Assembly: GCA_016710285.1 (NCBI GenBank)
Contig: JADJXR010000001.1
Coordinates: 3,373,338 to 3,437,337 of the forward strand
Length of the DNA: 64,000 nt
From: Chlorobiota bacterium
GTDB lineage: Bacteria; Bacteroidota; Ignavibacteria; OLB7
Reading direction: 5' to 3'
The number at the start of each line of letters is the position of its first letter. The first letter of the stretch is position 1. A program made the position numbers and the translations under genes. Of this stretch, positions 1-9,319 are shown in pieces. The notes beneath the pieces were generated by a model. It searched no databases. It was not told the DNA's origin and saw only the letters and a program-made list of their open reading frames with translations.

Positions 1-2
1 CG

Positions 3-215
3 GAGCTGGAATTCCGGCTGGCCGGGCACAGCACCGTCACCGTGACGATCAGCGATGTGCAAGGCAAAACCGTGAACACGGTGATGCACCAACAGGAGAT
101 GGAGCCTGGGGAGCATCAACTCACCATTCCCACTGCGGGGCTTCCGATTGGAACCTATGTGGTGACGGTGGAAGCCAACGGCAGCCGCCAATCGCAATTG
201 CTGCGGGTGAGGTAG
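3..215 (+). CDS. C-terminal fragment of a secreted protein with a T9SS (Por) C-terminal sorting domain; partial at the window edge
   Basis: Frame 3 reads ...GTYVVTVEANGSRQSQLLRVR*, a typical type-A T9SS C-terminal domain ending in a basic residue. Not in the ORF track because the 5' end is missing. Confidence 0.6.
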   Translation, partial: ELEFRLAGHSTVTVTISDVQGKTVNTVMHQQEMEPGEHQLTIPTAGLPIGTYVVTVEANGSRQSQLLRVR

Positions 216-444
216 GGGGGTGAAGCTGGAATAGAAGGCGTTGGAAATGAATCGGCCACTATCAGAGCATCTCTGCGCTGGTAGTGGCCGATAGGTTATG
301 CAGGGTGAGGTGAATGAGGTTGAACGGAAAAGAGTGTGGGTGTTATTGATGCTTGCCCCCTGGCTTGCAAGATATATTTTTGAGCCAAGCAATACATGGC
401 GTACCGGCCTACAGGAATTTTATCACTGATAAACAAACACAACC

Positions 445-729
445 ATGGTGACTCTTCGGATTGAACATCGCATCTCAAATTATGAGGGATGGAAGCAAGC
501 GTTTGATAGCGACCCTATCAACAGAAAACGGTCCGGCGTCCGGCGTTTTAAAATTTACCGCCCGGTCAATGATGAATCCTATGTCATCATTGACCTTGAG
601 TTTGAAATTCTTGAGCAGGCACAAGCCGTAGAAACTGCCTTGCATAAAATATTCGGGAATATTGAGGGGAAGCTGATCTTTGGAGCAAAAACAACAATCC
701 TGAATATTGCTGAAGAAGCGGAGCTGTAA
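445..729 (+). CDS. hypothetical small protein (94 aa)
   Basis: Clean ATG ORF in an otherwise non-coding gap. No family recognised. Confidence 0.4.
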   Translation: MVTLRIEHRISNYEGWKQAFDSDPINRKRSGVRRFKIYRPVNDESYVIIDLEFEILEQAQAVETALHKIFGNIEGKLIFGAKTTILNIAEEAEL

Positions 730-755
730 GCCTGTTGAATTTGTGAGAGGGGAAA

Positions 756-782
756 AGCCGCCCCAGCTCAGCTAGGGCGGCT
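756..782 (-). terminator. hairpin downstream of rpe (AGCCGCCC-loop-GGGCGGCT), followed on the minus strand by TTTTCCCC
   Basis: 8-bp perfect stem read directly from the sequence. The T-run is short. Confidence 0.35.
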
Positions 783-808
783 GCTACCGAAGACTATCAT
801 TGGAGTGG

Positions 809-1516
809 CTATGCTGCGCAGGCTTCCCGCATTTGCTTCATGGTCAGAGTGGGGTTGGGGGTTCCAAAAATTCCTGAGCCGCTGACCACAACGTCAACGC
901 CGGAATCGTACACGGCGCGGATGTTGTCCAGTTTGATCCCGCCGTCGGCTTCCACCAAGCAATCGCTGCGCCCGCAGCTGGCAAGCATCTGGCGCAGCCG
1001 TTCGGCACGGCGGAAAAGCGTTGGGATAAACGCTTGCCCGCCAAACCCCGGCTCCACCGACATCAACAACACAAGATCAACGTAGGGGAGGATGTCCTCC
1101 AGCGTGCTGAGCGATGTCGCCGGATTGAGCGTCACCCCCGGGCGGCAGCCAAGCTGGCGGATGCGGTCAATCGTCCGGTGAAGGTGAAGCGCGGCCTCGA
1201 CGTGAACGGTGATGTACGTTGCGCCGGCGTGCGCAAAATCTTCCAGATAGCGGTCGGGGTCGCTTATCATCAGGTGGCAATCCAGCGGAAGCTCCGTCAC
1301 CTTCCGCAATGCCGCAATCACTGGCGGACCAATGGTGATGTTCGGCACAAAGTGGCCATCCATCACATCAACATGAAGGAAATCGGCACCGGCTTCTTCC
1401 AGCATCTGCACGTCTTCGCCCAATCGAGTGAAGTTGGCAGAAAGAAGGGAGGGGGCAAGGTAAAGTTTACGGGCTATGGACATGGCTGATGTTGATTCTG
1501 TTGGTTCTGGGATCAT
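809..1516 (-). CDS. rpe: ribulose-phosphate 3-epimerase
   Basis: Rpe motifs are present (APSLLSANF..., HVDVMDGHFVPN, SVEPGFGGQAF). The ATG at 1516 overlaps the Lon-like gene stop as ATGA; an alternative ATG lies at 1483. Confidence 0.9.
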   Translation of the reverse strand: MIPEPTESTSAMSIARKLYLAPSLLSANFTRLGEDVQMLEEAGADFLHVDVMDGHFVPNITIGPPVIAALRKVTELPLDCHLMISDPDRYLEDFAHAGATYITVHVEAALHLHRTIDRIRQLGCRPGVTLNPATSLSTLEDILPYVDLVLLMSVEPGFGGQAFIPTLFRRAERLRQMLASCGRSDCLVEADGGIKLDNIRAVYDSGVDVVVSGSGIFGTPNPTLTMKQMREACAA

Positions 1517-4091
1517 TCTTCTTCCTCTGCCGGAGTGTCAATCGCGCCGCTGCCATCGGGAAGTTCGGCAAGGAAGGAGGGCTGAGCCGATTCGTGGCCG
1601 CCGTAGCTCCGAAGGCTATCGGCCAGCTTGGCAAGGCGGCGTTGCACAAGGTGGTTGATGGTTCCGGCGGGATAGTTACCACGCGAGTTCGGTTCCCCTG
1701 CGGCAACGCCGGTAAGAATTTCAATCCCCTGGTCAATGGTGGTGACGGGGTAGATGTGGAACTTCCCGGCGGCAACGGCTTCCACCACTTCGTCGCGCAG
1801 CATCAGTTCGGGGATGTTCTGCACGGGGATCATCGCCCCTTGCGTTCCGGTTAGCCCACGCGCTTTGCAGACTTCGTAGAATCCCTCCACCTTCTCCTTC
1901 ACCCCGCCAATCGGTTGGATTTGTCCCCATTGATTCACCGACCCCGTCACCGCCAGGTCCTGCCGAATCGGCACGCCGCTCAGGGCCGAAAGCAGGGCGT
2001 AGATTTCGTGGAGGATGCGCTGTCGCCATCAACGCCGCCGTAGGATTGCTCGAAGACGATGTGGGCCGTCATCGAAAGGGGGCGTTGCTGCGCGAAGCGA
2101 TGCCGCAAAAAACCGGCGATAATCAGCATCCCTTTGTTGTGCAGGCTTCCGCTCATCCGCGCCTCGCGCTCGATGTTGATAATCCCATGCCCCCCAACGG
2201 CCACGGTTGCGGTGATCCGGCTGGGCTTCCCGAAACTGATCTGCCCAACGGAATAGACCGCAAGCCCGTTGATCTGGCCCACCATTCTTCCTTCGGTGTC
2301 AATCAGGAGCGATCCATCAATCATCCGCTCCATGATTTTTTCTTTCCACATGGATTGCCGCTCCACCATTTGCCGGATTGCTTTCTCAACATGGTAGCGG
2401 CCAACGATTTCGGCGGTGTCGCGCTCGGCCCAGAAACTTGCTTCGCGAAGCAAGTCGGCAATGTCGCTGAATCGAAGGGAGATTTTCCGCATATCCCCGG
2501 CTTTCTCCACCGCGTACTCCACCACTGCGGCAACGCCATCGGGATCGAAATGGAGCAGATGTTCTTCGTCCGAGAGTTTGCGGATGAACCGGGCGTACTC
2601 AATCAGGACCGTGTCGGTGCGGGCAATCTCGTAGTCGAATTCGGCACTGATCTTGAAGATTTTCCGGAAGTCTTCCTCCATCGAAAAAAGTGCTTGGTAC
2701 AGCCTGGGGTCGCCGATCATGATCACTTTCACATTCAGGTCAATCGCCTGCGGTTTCATGGCCACCCCTTGCGTGCTGGATTGCACGAAGCTCTCGAACG
2801 GCTGAATCTCCAGCTTTCGGTGAAGCAGCACCCGTTTCAGTGCTTTCCAAACACCAGGTTCGCTAAGCGCGTCGGCGGCGTTGATGATTAAATATCCACC
2901 ATCGGCGCGGAGGATTGCCCCGGCTTTAATCATCAGGAAATCGCTGACCCAAAACCCCTGCTGGGTTGGCACCCGCTCGATGGTTCCAAACAAGTTGAGA
3001 TAGGTGGGGGTGGTCTCGATGATAACCGGCGCGCCGGTGGTTCCGGCGTTGTCCAGCACCACGTTTACTTGATAGGTGCGGAGCGCGCCGTCGTCGCTTG
3101 CTGGCGGTTGTGCTTCGTCGTCGGTGCCCTGGGCGGCGGCTTCGGGCTGGGGTTGCTTGAACAGATCAAGGTTGTTCAGGATGTCGTTGCCCACCTCTTC
3201 AAGGTAAGCGATGACCGCCTCGAACGGAAACCGCATGGCTAAGTCGTCGAGCGTGGCCTCGATCAACAGCTTTGCCGAGGCGGCCTCGAAGTCGCCCAAC
3301 TCTTGCTGAAATTCTTGCGAGAGCTTCATGCCGTTGCGGGCAAGCTGGTACAGGTCGCGGTGGCGGCGGGTGTAGTTTTCGCCGATTGCGCGCGCTTGCT
3401 CGGCGGTGATTGCGTTCTCCTTCACCAGCTGGTCCAGCGCGGCAATCGGATACGCTTTCCCGTTGATAACCGGAAGAATTTCCGGCTGGACGGCTCCATT
3501 GCCGGCCTTCACCTGGCCCAGGGTGAATCCATCGGGGCGGAGTTCCTCCTCGAATGCCCGCAGCAGTTGTTGTTCGCGCTGCTGGAATTCTTCGATGATC
3601 TTCGTGCGTCCGGTGCGGAACGTCTCTTCTTCAAACATCTTCGGTATCCGCCCTTGCAGGAAGCTGATGGCGTCGTGCATGGCGCGTTGGAACGGCGCGG
3701 CTTTCCCTTTTGGGAACTTCAGCAGCGTGGGTTGGTCGGGGTCGTGGAAGTTGTTGACGTAGGCGTAATCGTGGGGAATCTGGCCGTTTGGGGTGATGCG
3801 TTCCAGAATGCTTTTGATGGTTGTCAGCCGTCCGGTTCCGCTAAGGCCACTCACAAAAATGTTGTAGCCGGGGCTGGCGATTTCTGCCCCCATTGTCAGC
3901 GCGTCCAATGCCCGTTGCTGGCCAATGATCCCGTTCAGCGGGTCAACATGGGCGGTGCTGGGGAAGGGGAATGCGGTGGAATCGGCATACCACCGAAGCG
4001 ATTTCACCGGAAGGGACGGGTGCGTTGGGGCCGGAAGAAGCCGCGCAGATTTGGAAGAAGCGGAATCGGTGGAAGCCGGAGTTTTGTTCAT
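1513..4091 (-). pseudogene. Lon-like ATP-dependent S16 protease (YcbZ/LonC-like), interrupted by a -1 frameshift near position 2007
   Basis: The 703-aa N-terminal ORF ends ...SYGGVDGDSASSTKSTPCFRP*. The Lon_C continuation (V)[31 protein letters not shown]... is in another frame as ORF 1513..1974. Inserting one G after ACG restores ...[26 protein letters not shown].... Confidence 0.8.
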
Positions 4092-4259
4092 GCTGGGCTG
4101 CTTGAATGATGTGGGCCGCCAAGATAGGGAATCCGTGGGATACAGTATCTGAACACTCTCTCAACACTCTCTGATTGGTTCGCGTTGGTGGTTTCCCCTA
4201 CCTTTGCGGAAGTTCGTTGTGCCGAAGGCACATTGGTATGATCTGAGCGAATTATCCAC

Positions 4260-5684
4260 ATGGCAACTACTTCACAAACCACTGTTTCCCTGGAGACCAT
4301 CGTCTCGCTGGCAAAACGCCGCGGGTTCATTTTTCAATCATCGGAAATCTACGGCGGGCTGAACGGCTGCTGGGATTACGGGCCGCTTGGGGTGGAACTC
4401 CTTCGCAATATCAAAGAGTCATGGTGGCGGGCAATGACCTACCGCGACGACATCGAGGGGATTGACGCGGCAATCCTGATGCACCCCCGTGTTTGGGAGG
4501 CCAGCGGCCACGTCCAAAGTTTCAGCGACCCGATGATTGACAACAAAATCTCCAAAAAACGCTACCGCGCCGATCACTTGATCGAGGGGGAGATTGAGAA
4601 GCTGCGGAAGAAAGGGCGCACCGAGCAGGCCGATGTGCTGGAAGCAAAGCTCAACGCGGCCATGGACCCGGGGGATTTCTACAAGATCATCACCGAGCAC
4701 CAAATCCAGGACCCGGAAACCGGCCAGGCGGAGTGGACCGAAGTGCGCCAGTTCAACCTGATGTTCAAAACGCACATCGGCCCGTTGGAGGAAAGCTCGT
4801 CGGCGGTGTACTTGCGCCCGGAAACGGCCCAGGGGATTTTTGTGAATTTCACGAACGTGCTGCAATCTTCCCGCCAGAAAGTTCCCTTCGGGATTGCCCA
4901 GATTGGGAAATCGTTCCGGAATGAGATCAACACCAAAAACTTCCTGTTCCGCACCCGCGAGTTCGAGCAGATGGAGATGCAGTTCTTCGTGAAGCCTGGC
5001 GAGGATGCCAAGTGGTACGACTACTGGCGCGAACAACGCTGGAACTGGTTCCGCGATCTGGGAATGCAGATGGAGCGGCTGCGGATGAAACCGCACGAAA
5101 AACTTGCCCACTACGCCCGCGCTGCCGTTGATATCGAGTATCAGTTCCCGTTTGGATGGGGGGAGTTGGAAGGAATCCACAACCGCAGCGACTTCGACTT
5201 GGGGCGGCATACCGAGTATTCTGGCAAAAAGCTGGAGTATTTCGACCAAGTCGCCAACGAACGCTACACCCCGTTCGTGATTGAAACCGCTGTTGGTGCC
5301 TCACGGTCCACCATGGCCTTCCTTTGCGATGCCTATGCCGAGGAGGAAGTAAACGGCGAAAAACGGAATGTTTTGCGGTTCCATCCAAAGCTGGCTCCGT
5401 ACAAAGTGGCGGTCTTCCCTCTAGTTAATAGGGATGGAATGCAGGAATTCGCCCAGAAACTGTATGGAGATTTGCAGCGGTCGTTCAAGGCGTTCTACGA
5501 CGACTCCGGCGCGGTGGGCCGCCGCTACCGCCGCCAAGATGAAGCCGGAACCCCTTTCTGCGTCACCATTGACGGCCAAACGCTGGAAGACGGAACCGTC
5601 ACCATCCGCCACCGCGACACCATGCAGCAGGAGCGGATCCCGGCGGAAGGGGTTGGCAGCTACGTGGGGCAGCGGATAGCGTAA
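4260..5684 (+). CDS. glyQS: glycine--tRNA ligase (alpha2-type class II)
   Basis: Full-length similarity to dimeric GlyRS (FQSSEIYGGLNGCWDYGPLG, class II motifs FRNEI, anticodon-binding C-terminus). Confidence 0.95.
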   Translation: MATTSQTTVSLETIVSLAKRRGFIFQSSEIYGGLNGCWDYGPLGVELLRNIKESWWRAMTYRDDIEGIDAAILMHPRVWEASGHVQSFSDPMIDNKISKKRYRADHLIEGEIEKLRKKGRTEQADVLEAKLNAAMDPGDFYKIITEHQIQDPETGQAEWTEVRQFNLMFKTHIGPLEESSSAVYLRPETAQGIFVNFTNVLQSSRQKVPFGIAQIGKSFRNEINTKNFLFRTREFEQMEMQFFVKPGEDAKWYDYWREQRWNWFRDLGMQMERLRMKPHEKLAHYARAAVDIEYQFPFGWGELEGIHNRSDFDLGRHTEYSGKKLEYFDQVANERYTPFVIETAVGASRSTMAFLCDAYAEEEVNGEKRNVLRFHPKLAPYKVAVFPLVNRDGMQEFAQKLYGDLQRSFKAFYDDSGAVGRRYRRQDEAGTPFCVTIDGQTLEDGTVTIRHRDTMQQERIPAEGVGSYVGQRIA

Positions 5685-5724
5685 CGGCGGGGAAATCTTA
5701 AAAAAAGCAGATTCCGCAACAGAT

Positions 5725-5756
5725 AGGCCAAATTTCACAAGCGTGAGGTTTGGCCT
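5725..5756 (+). terminator. hairpin AGGCCAAA-N16-TTTGGCCT downstream of glyQS
   Basis: 8-bp perfect stem seen in the sequence. The downstream tract is T-rich but not a clean T-run. The GTG at 5743 used by the ORF track lies inside this hairpin. Confidence 0.3.
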
Positions 5757-5997
5757 TCTGCTATCTGATTTATTGCAAGATGGAGCCGACGGGGTAAAAA
5801 AATGGAGGAGAAGGCGGATAGATTATGGGGGACTCCTGTCCTATGTGAGGCAGAATAAATGCCTTGAACGGAACAACAGAGCGTCAAGGATGAAGATTTT
5901 TTTTGAAGAGACAGGGGAAATGAAAAAAATTTTCTTGCTTTGTCTTGGAAATCCCTTATTATTGCTCCCCGATTCACAGCTGACCAATCTACGTATC

Positions 5998-7233
5998 ATG
6001 GCACGTCATCGAACCGGCAAAATCAGCGAGAGTGTTTACCTACTGCGCCAGATGGAAGAACGCCATCGTGGCCAGCCAGCCGAGGAGCGGGTTCGTGCCT
6101 TGCGGATGTTGAAAGAAGACCCCAACCTATCGGTGCAACAGCTTGCTGTGGAGATGGACTGCTCCGAACGGACGATCCGCCGCTGGTGGGCACTCTACCA
6201 AAAAGGGGGATTGGAGGCTGTAGTCCAGGAAAAAGTGAAATCCACGGCGGTGGTCGCGAAGTTGGGGGATGAGAAAGTTGCCGAGCTTGGCCAGAAACTG
6301 GCACGCCGGGAACTGACCAGTTTGGCCGAAGTGCAGGGGTGGCTGAAGTCGGAATGTAATCTCGATTATAGTATCCCTGGCGTCTGGCATCTTGTACGCC
6401 GCACCTTCAAAGTTGAGCGCTCTTGGGCTCCTCGCACGGACGCACACGGCTGGCAAGGTGGCGGTGCCGATGGACTGGTTCCGGCAAAAATAGTCCGTTT
6501 TTTGAATTCTTTGCCGCTGCTGGGGGAAACACGGGATCGCATCCTCATTTTTAGAAGCGCGCTCCAAGAACTTTTCCCAGAGATTGATCGGGTGGTTATC
6601 AATGTGAATACTTCGTTTGATCTCCAAAACCCGGAAACTTATTCTGGTGGAGTGTCTATTACCCAAGCAATCAATGTTGAGGAGCAGAGAACAGGCGTTG
6701 TCGTTACAAGCTTTTCTTCCGACGACAACGTGGAGCAGCTGATTCAAGCAATGCGAGGGCAGGGGTATCCCCTGGATGATTTCCATGCTCCCAGCTATAT
6801 CAACTTTAGTTTTGGCAACGACGGGTATATCGGGACGATTTTCCTTTTCCGGGTAATAGAAAAACCAGCGATTTCTTCCGAAACTCTCAGCGTTTTTGCT
6901 TCTTTGGATTCGTTCTTCCAGTTCATGCTTTTCGATTTAGTGGCGCATCATAGGGCCACTAAACCGGTGGACGTTGCCTTCTCGGCAGCATTAAAACAGC
7001 TATCGGTGGAGAGCAAGCTGACGCTACAGGAGCGGAAGGTGGTGATCCATCAGTTGCTGGGGGGATCCTATAAGGAGATAGCGGATCTGCTGGATATCTC
7101 GGTTGCTACCCTGAAAAAGCATATCACGAGCATCCATACAAAAACCGGGACCCGCAGCCAGGGGGAGCTTTTCGCGAAGTACTTCACGCCGCGGCTTACT
7201 CCGGTTCTGACGATGCTGAACGAAACTCTGTGA
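5998..7233 (+). CDS. LuxR-family transcriptional regulator with an N-terminal IS630-transposase-like HTH domain
   Basis: The C-terminus LTLQERKVVIHQLLGGSYKEIADLLDISVATLKKHITSIHTKTG is a GerE/LuxR HTH. The N-terminus (LRMLKEDPNLSVQQLAVEMDCSERTIRRWWALYQKGG ... LAEVQGWLKSECNLDYSIPGVWHLVRRTFKVERSW) resembles the IS630 transposase DNA-binding region. The start is uncertain (ATG at 5890, 5920 or 5998). Confidence 0.7.
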   Translation: MARHRTGKISESVYLLRQMEERHRGQPAEERVRALRMLKEDPNLSVQQLAVEMDCSERTIRRWWALYQKGGLEAVVQEKVKSTAVVAKLGDEKVAELGQKLARRELTSLAEVQGWLKSECNLDYSIPGVWHLVRRTFKVERSWAPRTDAHGWQGGGADGLVPAKIVRFLNSLPLLGETRDRILIFRSALQELFPEIDRVVINVNTSFDLQNPETYSGGVSITQAINVEEQRTGVVVTSFSSDDNVEQLIQAMRGQGYPLDDFHAPSYINFSFGNDGYIGTIFLFRVIEKPAISSETLSVFASLDSFFQFMLFDLVAHHRATKPVDVAFSAALKQLSVESKLTLQERKVVIHQLLGGSYKEIADLLDISVATLKKHITSIHTKTGTRSQGELFAKYFTPRLTPVLTMLNETL

Positions 7234-7443
7234 TAGGATGGCGGTGACAGAACCGCGGTGATAACAGCTCTTTGACAATCGAAATTCTGCGCAAGCCCTT
7301 ACTACAAAAGTAGTATTGGTAAGGGGGCTTCAAGACGGCCATATTTGCAGCCGTGATTCCGACACGAGTTCAACAAGCTCGGCCAACAACACAGGAATCA
7401 CTATTCTGCATCCAGCAACCAAAAACCGTCTTAGAGAGAAGCC

Positions 7444-8160
7444 ATGAAGTTTGCAACCTTGTTCTCAACAGCCTTGATCGCCCTGATGCTCACCGTATCA
7501 GCTTCCGCACAGCAGGGATTGGAACATCCAACCGAACAAGGTGCACAGCTTGTTGGCACGTATCCTGTATCGCTCAACTTGCCAAAGGTTGAGACTAAAA
7601 AAGGAACGGATGTTGTTACTAATATCTTAGTCTGGGCGACTGGCAATGGACAGAAGGAGCTTCAGATGAACCCAGCGATTCAGGTTACTGGCGACAGCGG
7701 TTCATCGGTCATTGATCTTCTTCCAACCTCGGCACTGTACGGGATGCTTTCGCAGGCAGCGGTAAGCAAGGCGGTAGCGCTTGGGTATATCCAGCCTTCC
7801 ACCGAAGGGCAGAACGTTCCGGTTTACCGCCCGAACTACGCAGCACGCACCGGAAGCGGAAACAGCACCCAATTTGCGATGTGCGGCGATGGAAGCTGGG
7901 GCGTTGCTAACTACAACGTGTTGTTCCCGGTTGCCGGAACAGTGGTGGTAAACCTTGACGACACGGAGTTCCAGACTGAGTTCGTAAATGGAAACTGCCA
8001 AAGCACCTTTACGGAGCCAGTGCAAAGCAACATCAGCACCGGTGGAAGCACGATTAGCAGCGGCAGCAGCATTATTAGCGGCCGTGCAGCGTTAGCAAAA
8101 AGTGCCAAGCTGGATCGGATCCGTGAGAGAATTCGCGCACGCCGCGCTGCAGTTCGCTAA
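7444..8160 (+). CDS. exported hypothetical protein (signal peptide, Ser/Thr/Gly-rich, basic C-terminal tail)
   Basis: The N-terminal MKFATLFSTALIALMLTVSASAQQ is a signal peptide. No family recognised. Confidence 0.6.
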   Translation: MKFATLFSTALIALMLTVSASAQQGLEHPTEQGAQLVGTYPVSLNLPKVETKKGTDVVTNILVWATGNGQKELQMNPAIQVTGDSGSSVIDLLPTSALYGMLSQAAVSKAVALGYIQPSTEGQNVPVYRPNYAARTGSGNSTQFAMCGDGSWGVANYNVLFPVAGTVVVNLDDTEFQTEFVNGNCQSTFTEPVQSNISTGGSTISSGSSIISGRAALAKSAKLDRIRERIRARRAAVR

Positions 8161-8194
8161 TAGAGAGTTTTTTATCAACGAATGAGTAGCTCCC

Positions 8195-8695
8195 ATGAAT
8201 TCCATCCGAATATCCGCTTGTTCGCTGCTTGCCCTCTGCATGATTACTCTTGCAGGGATGGCGCAGCCGAACAACACAGGCAAAGGAAAGCAGGTTTCGA
8301 TCTCGACAAATGGTGGTTATAGTATGGTTTCCGACGACGGAGGAAACACGTGGAGGGTGGTTGACAACGCAATGGCCGAGCAATTACGCGACGACTTGGG
8401 GCGGCAGCTTCAAGGGCTAACAACCGGCGCGATGATTGGCCGAACAAAAGTTCGGTTAGATAGAAGTTCGGCGATTGCCACAGTAACGTTCCAAGCCCCC
8501 TCCGCCGGCATCGTAACGTTAACGCTGCATGATATTCAAGGGGTGGAGGTTCTTCGCCAGGAGATGGAGATAGCAGAAGGGGGTGAGCAACTCACCGCCC
8601 TGGATGTTGCCCAGCTAAAAACAGGAACGTACGTCCTAAGAATCAACAGCAGCAACGTGATGATTGGCGGCGGAAAAATTGTGATTTCGCGATAA
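8195..8695 (+). CDS. small secreted protein with a T9SS C-terminal sorting domain
   Basis: Signal peptide and a C-terminal ...LKTGTYVLRINSSNVMIGGGKIVISR, which resembles a T9SS C-terminal domain. Confidence 0.65.
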   Translation: MNSIRISACSLLALCMITLAGMAQPNNTGKGKQVSISTNGGYSMVSDDGGNTWRVVDNAMAEQLRDDLGRQLQGLTTGAMIGRTKVRLDRSSAIATVTFQAPSAGIVTLTLHDIQGVEVLRQEMEIAEGGEQLTALDVAQLKTGTYVLRINSSNVMIGGGKIVISR

Positions 8696-9077
8696 CGTAG
8701 ATTTCTTAATAGCCAGATTTTTCTTTGACATACCAGCACATTGCGTTTACGTGCTAATAATCGGAGCGCCCGAACGGCATAGGTTAGCTAACAGTGTTCA
8801 CCACGGCCGTTAGTTAATGCTTCGCTGCAGAGCATATCGCCTTCCTCTGGCGAGATGACTGTACCTTGGCTCTGCACTGGACTTTGAATCCTTCCTCTAC
8901 ACAACAACGGGGTTCAAAAAGCCTGGCAAACCGATGACAAAGCAACGGAACGCAAACCGGCTTATATGGCTCTTTTTCTTAAATGCCTGTAAGCCTTTCA
9001 GCCGAGATTCCCAGTGGAAAGCTTGCCTGTACCTCCGCAAGATACCATCGGAAATACGACGCTGAACAACCATCAAT

Positions 9078-9170
9078 GGGGTGACGGCCGAACCTGAAGT
9101 TCCTCAAAAAAACCTGCTCTGTACCTTCAGCAGTTTTTAGGGCAAGGCCGTCACCCCAGATGTTTTTTCT
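9078..9170 (+). terminator. long GC-rich hairpin (GGGGTGACGGCC ... GGCCGTCACCCC, inner CTGAAG/CTTCAG) followed by TGTTTTTTCT; terminator-like 3' end of a possible non-coding transcript
   Basis: 12-bp perfect outer stem at 9078-9089 and 9146-9157, then a T6 run at 9163-9168. It lies in a 620-nt gap with no convincing ORF. Confidence 0.4.
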
Positions 9171-9319
9171 CACCGCCATAATTCCACACCGCCATAGCTT
9201 TGCTACCTCCGCGACTCTCATCTTGATCGGGTTCCGTATTTCAGCAATAATGAAGAAGCACTTTGGGGTTACATTGCTCATGTAGTCTGCACCCGTTCAT
9301 TTATTGGGGACAACAGAAC

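Noticed and set aside
4092-4259. T-box or other leader upstream of glyQS
   Set aside because: No specifier-loop/T-box consensus was found. There is only a short direct repeat AACACTCTC twice and a weak sigma70-like -10 TATGAT.
5743-5997. ORF-track start of the LuxR gene at 5743 (GTG)
   Set aside because: That GTG lies inside the glyQS terminator hairpin. An ATG further downstream (5890 to 5998) is more plausible.
8760-9170. Possible RNase P RNA, tmRNA or SRP RNA in the large non-coding gap
   Set aside because: The P4 hallmarks GGAAAGTCCGGGCTCC and ACAGAA.CCGGCTTA are not present together on one strand. Only a partial AACCGGCTTA appears, with no tag-peptide reading frame and no SRP domain IV motif. 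The region is kept only as an unclassified candidate sRNA.
8979-9281. 100-aa minus-strand ORF in the gap
   Set aside because: No start context or homology features. It overlaps the terminator-like hairpin and is probably spurious.
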